Assembly: GCA_001179505.1 (NCBI GenBank)
Contig: CDMY01000639.1
Span: 1 to 37,639, forward strand
Direction of reading: 5' to 3'
Length of the DNA: 37,639 nt
DNA from: Vitrella brassicaformis CCMP3155
Lineage: Eukaryota; Protista; Chromerida
Every line of letters starts with the position of its first letter. Positions within the stretch are counted from its first letter, which is position 1. Of the stretch, positions 32,957 through 37,639 are shown in pieces. The position numbers and the translations under genes were made by a program. A model generated the notes under the pieces. The model worked only from the letters and a program-made list of their open reading frames with translations. It was not told the origin of the DNA and did not search any database.

Positions 32957-33661
32957 TCGTGTTCATCAGCGAATGAATGGGTGAATGAGTGAATGAGTGG
33001 TGTGCGTGTGTGCGGGGAGGTTTGCCCCAGTCGCTTTGTAGTGATCCGGGGAGGTTTGCCCCAGTCTTTTCGGGTGGTCTGAGGGTTTTCCCGGGTCTAT
33101 TGATGTGTGTCGTTACCTGCTTCCGATGCGGCTCTCCTCACTGCATGCACCGCTCTTCTTCCTTGCGCCGTTGCCCGCTCTTCTCAGAGGGTGGCCGTCG
33201 AGCCGTGGGTCGTTGGGGCGGCGCCGGCGGCACCAGGAGGGCCAACAACTTGAATGCCGTCCTTCTTCTCGCCTCTGGGGGGGCGTCTGGGGTCAAATCG
33301 CATATCATCCTGACCGGCAAGACGAGGCTAGGGTGGTCCTGGGGTCCGCAGGGCGTCAAGTGGCCTTGCAGTGGACAAAACCGGCGTCTGATACTGCAAG
33401 CTCAAAATGGCTCACAACAGGCAGAAAGGCACAAGAGCGGGGACGCAATCACAGAAACACAAGCGCATCACACCTATCAATCTGCTGTCTGATTATCACG
33501 CGCACCTCGATGGCTGGACGAGGTTCCTCTGTGCATGTGGAGCGTGGATGGGTGATTCCTGTTGCGTGTCGTTCGTTTGATTGTGCGCGAGACACCGGAC
33601 CAGGCTTTCGGGCCACTTAGGACATTCCGTGAAAGCGCCCTCCCGATGGCAAGGCGAGAAA

Positions 33662-35955
33662 ATGACTTTGTTGACTTTCCTCGTTGTCAGCAGCAGCAGC
33701 TTCACCCTCAAGGCCATTTCCTCGCACACGGTATTGGCGTTCCTGCAGCCGCAGCACCGCCATGGTCCATTCGGGTATCGAGCAGGTCTCGCCCTCACCC
33801 GCCGATGCGGTCGACTTCCCCCCCTCGTGGAAGGACATGGGCAGGTCCTAGATGATATCGGCTACGAGAAGGAGATGGAGCTGCGTCGAGCCTTTCGTCG
33901 CCTCGCCGACCGCCAGGGTTTGATGGATCTGACTGGTTTCTACAGCTTCAATGACTTTGCGGAGATGGTGAGCAGCGGTGACCTGGAGAGGCAGGAGCTG
34001 CGGGAGGTGTGGGATGGGCAGAAGAAAGTGGTAGGGGACAAGATCGATGTGGATGGATTCGTCATGGCGTATCGGCAGATCAGCAGCCTGTTCGAGGATG
34101 TGGAGATGGAGGAGCACACGCCGGCGCCACTCAGTGCTGAAGAGAGCGAATGGAGGGGCATCTTCATCGGTCTCAGCGGCTCAGCAGACGGCGCTCTTCT
34201 CTTTGACAAGTTTGTTCAGTTCGCCTCGGACAGGCCGCTGCCAGCGCTGGAGAGTTTGTGGCTTCGTCATGTCGGTGGCCGGTCTCTTGCGGCCTCTCTC
34301 CCTCAGTTTCTTTCCCTCATGGCTTCCTTGCCCGCAGTGTCAGTGTCAGCACGAGGGCCAATCGAACTGCGAGAGCCGGTGGAGGAGGAGTCGGTGAGAG
34401 AGTTAGCTCAGGCGCCTGTAGGGACTGTCTCGCCCTCCAACGAGTTGCTTGATAATGTGCCTGGCGGGGCGAGGGAAGAGTTCGCGAATGCAGCAAAAGG
34501 GGCGAGGGAGATCACATTTGATGCATTCACCCAAGTGCCGAGGGTACGAAGAATGGTTGACGTCGGAGGTGAGGAAGAACTGGCACTCACGTCAAGAATG
34601 CGACTGTGTCTCCCTGCTGTCTTGTTCGCTGATAGACATTGACGAGGTAGAGTTGTGGAGCCTGTGGAGCCGCTCGACAGACAACAGGCCCTCAGCTACT
34701 GTGAGCCAGTACGCCGCCACCATCCGACGTCTCGACCAGCTCTTCGAAGAAGAGGTCGCGGAGGGACCTCCCTCAAAGAAGTTGCCGTCACCGTCCTCCG
34801 CCCCTCCTTCCATCGACTTGTCGGCCACTACGAGCGCCGCGAGTGAGTCATCTCTTGTACCTGCTCCGTCATGGATCCCTGGAATGCCCAACAGAGGAGG
34901 TGGTGGAGAGGGGACAGTCGTCAGCAAGATGAGAGTGGCCCTTGGGAAGAGGCGGGGAGGCGACGAAGAGGGGGTCAAGGGTGAACAGGCGGCTGTGTCC
35001 CTTGGTGTTGCACCTAAGGAGTCTTTGATGGCATTGCTAAGACAGGTAGGGTGGTAGAGGCAGGTTGGACAGACGGACAGACGAATGTGTGAGGTGATGA
35101 TTGTTCTATCAGGTGACAGACAACGGCCTTTCTTGTCCTGCTTATGTGGACAAGAACATAAGAACGCTGGCTCAGCAGCTCAACCAGATGCCAGAGAACT
35201 TCATATGCAGGGTATGAGCGGATTTTTCTTGCCTGTATTCTTATATCATGACATTGCCTCCCGCGCAGGGACGCAAGGCACTGCTAAAGACCCTTGCAGG
35301 TGGTTGGAAGCTCGATTACACGTCATCTGATACCGTCAGGTTCAACAAGGGGCTATCAGGTGCTGCACACGAGGGAACCACAATGAACCAAATCACACTG
35401 GCTCATGTCTGCAGGTTTGGCCAAGACGATTCCTGGTTCGATTTTCATGAAGCTCGAGCAGCAGCTGTTGACTGACAGCATCCTGTCTGATTTCGAGTAC
35501 ACCGAAAGGATTGGCAGTGTCGATGTGACACTCACGGGCGTGTGGGACGTGCGACTTCGTAGGCAATGAAACTGACCGGAAAACGTGCGCAGCATCGCAG
35601 CGGTCTCTCTTGTGTGGTGCACTTGCAGGGACGTCTCAGTTCACGAACAAACCTGTCTTCATGTGAGCTCCAGGAACCGAGGACGAACTCAAACGACCGC
35701 GCTGCATCTCTGTATCAGGTTTGAGCAGACGTTCGAAAAGGCCTCTTACGGTTTTGTGAACTCGAAGTGCACGACGTGGCCATCACTGAGGCCATATGCA
35801 GGGATGGAGGTGAGAAAAGATAAAATCGACGGAGTGCCTCCATTAGGCTGTGTTGGTTTGCTGTGTGTATGCAGTTGGTGTACGTTGATGCTGACCTCCA
35901 GATAGTGCGTGGGAATGCCGAGACGAGTTTGTTCGTCTTCTCGCGGATCATGTAA
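33662..35955 (+). CDS. Plastid-targeted protein with EF-hand-like repeats fused to a C-terminal PAP/fibrillin domain, multi-exon
   Basis: Bipartite leader: MTLLTFLVVSSSSFTLKAISSHTVLA|FLQP followed by an Arg-rich transit-like stretch. EF-hand-like repeats: AFRRLADRQGLMDLTGF, DKIDVDGFVMAY, FIGLSGSADGALLFDKF. 3' exons give LLKTLAGGWKLDYTSSDTVRFNKGLSG ... ME|LVYVDADLQIVRGNAETSLFVFSRIM*, matching the fibrillin N-terminal (G-x-W-x-L-x-Y-T) and C-terminal (Y-x-D-x-D-L-x-I-x-R-G) motifs. Confidence 0.7.
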
Positions 35956-36326
35956 CCAAATGGTTACCCAGTGGGGGGGAGGGATTGTGTGATTCAGGAC
36001 AGTTGCGCGTCTGATCATGTCCTGCATCAGGCGTGCCATATCATAGCATATGTGTAACGGCACTGCATGAGAGAAGTCTCACACAAAACAACATCAGTCT
36101 CCCTCATCTACGCGCACATGACACTACAACGATCCTGCTTATCTACTGTAAGACAGCTCTCACCACCACCTCCCCCCTTCAACCAATTGACTCCCCCCTT
36201 CAACCAACTGACTGACATACGCAGTCCCCACACAATGTCCACGTGTCAGGCCATGCACACGGCTATCGACGACACCGACGACGTAGATGACGCCATCGGG
36301 GCGAGCCGCGGACAAAATACGACGGG

Positions 36327-36956
36327 CTACAGGTCCGGGGTCAGCATTCTGAAGTTCTGAGTAATGTGAGGGGCAGGGAAGGACAAAAGTGAGACAACAA
36401 GAGGGGGAGAGGGAAGGGCAACAATCCCACCTGGTAAGGAGCCGTGGAAGGGGTCCAGCCGTCCCACTCAGGCTCAGGATAGTTGTAGGGGTTGTCGCGA
36501 TACAGCTTCTGGTCATGCAACACACAAGGAGGAATACAGCCCGACTGCCCGATCGGAGGGTAGTTGATGTTGTTTGCGGCTTACCCCCTTGTTGCAGTAG
36601 CACCAGAGGGCGTTCCATGCCTCGTTCCAGTACCACGTGCCCAAGCAGCTGCCGACCGCTACAAACAGCCAGAAACGGGGAGTGTCCTTCAAAAACAGCT
36701 CATAGAGCCTGCGCAAACAGACACGGCAACCAGCAGCATGCCAAGGGTGTCTGAGATGTTGCTTTCCTTTGCCCCACACCTACTGCAGCTTGTTGAAGGC
36801 TCTGAAGAACCAGTCCATGCTGTCCTTGCCGACACGTGAGCTGTTCAGAGCCGCTTTGGCCCAGTGAGGGTCAGACTGGCGGTAGACGGAGCCGAAGTGC
36901 CCCAGTGTTTCGCCGTAGAATTTCTCCAGTGGCCCGCCCAGCAGAGTATGGTACAT
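36327..36956 (-). CDS. QCR9: Cytochrome bc1 (complex III) subunit 9-like protein, myzozoan/apicomplexan type, four exons
   Basis: Exons 36956-36784, 36708-36585, 36508-36431 and 36356-36327 splice in frame. They give ...KLQLYELFLKDTPRFWLFVAVGSCLGTWYWNEAWNALWCYCNKGKLYRDNPYNYPEPE..., i.e. LY-x-x-F, a single TM helix, W-x-x-x-N-K-G-K-L-Y/W-x-D as in QCR9/UQCR10. Confidence 0.65.
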
Positions 36957-37202
36957 ACTCGCCAGGCTCGACCACCCGGTGAGGGTTGCCGGTCTCGGCA
37001 CTCGATGGAAACGCGAAAGGCGCATTTTCCCTCGCCCTTCAATGGTTTTACGAGATACCCTAGGCGGCCCAACATTCGCCGTGAGGCCCCATCTTTGCAC
37101 TGATCGATTTGTCGTCTTGCGTTCGCAGGATATCGACTGAAGAGCTCATCGGCATTGTTTCTGTTTACAAGGTGGAGATGAAGCCGACACAACCGTACGC
37201 AA

Positions 37203-37639
37203 GTATGGGCTGTCAAGATGCAGCTGCAGCAGGAGAAGGGCCTTCTCGCCACAAAACAAACAGTCATCCATCAGTCGACCACGGTGGAGGACAACCGTAC
37301 ACCGGCTCATTACAATGTCCAGGAGGACGCGACTCTGCACTTGGATCTTCCGTGAGGACACAAACAAGTCGTGCACTCATATTATGCCCGAGTGTCCTTT
37401 CTGTCTGTTACTGTATGGCTTGCAGTGTGCACACCAGTGGCCGTTACGGTTTCGGGCCGAGCACCGGTGTGTCGGCAGAGGAGCTGTCAATGCTGACAGA
37501 AATGGATGGAAGTAATGCGGCACTGGTCGAAGCCTGGCATGGCAAAGAGCACGTGCTTCAGCTGGTTGGCGAGGTGACAGAGGCCTTTAATGAGCCACCA
37601 TACTTACAACATCCTGCTCACCAAGCTCCGCAAGATCTG
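37203..37639 (+). CDS. Protein with a divergent ubiquitin-like domain, partial (continues past the window)
   Basis: 37203-37351 encodes VWAVKMQLQQEKGLLATKQTVIHQSTTVEDNRTPAHYNVQEDATLHL, aligning by eye with ubiquitin VKAKIQDKEG...[20 protein letters not shown]. A GT-AG intron (37352-37425) leads in frame to an exon open to the window end. The 5' end is unresolved. Confidence 0.6.

Noticed and set aside
1-37639. tRNA, rRNA, intact transposase or reverse transcriptase genes
   Set aside because: No recognisable motifs were found by eye; small ncRNAs could be missed without covariance-model searches.

Overview
This is intron-rich eukaryotic nuclear DNA, with GT-AG introns full of (GT)n, (CATC)n and (AATC)n microsatellites and a 300-nt N gap at 11036-11335. 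Gene content points to a chromerid alga, most plausibly Vitrella brassicaformis (inference): there is a myzozoan-type QCR9-like gene and a gene with a bipartite plastid-targeting leader. Genes spliced by eye: an AGFG/Hrb-type ArfGAP; two paralogous exostosin-like (GT47) glycosyltransferases; a GT34 and a GT8 (GATL-like) glycosyltransferase; a duplicated small Cys-rich secreted protein; an acidic secreted protein; a plastid-targeted EF-hand-like/PAP-fibrillin fusion; a QCR9-like complex III subunit; and a ubiquitin-like-domain gene running off the right edge. Three 5'-truncated, RT-less CRE-like (zinc knuckle plus restriction-like endonuclease) non-LTR retrotransposon remnants lie between them. 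The most unusual structure: (i) four Golgi-type glycosyltransferases from three plant-cell-wall-associated families within 23 kb; (ii) an exact 45-bp inverted repeat bracketing one whole GT47 gene; (iii) a ~1.9-kb element with long degenerate inverted arms next to the other GT47 gene; (iv) several perfect palindromes and many local tandem duplications. Exon coordinates are manual, family calls come from motif recognition, and no database searches were run.
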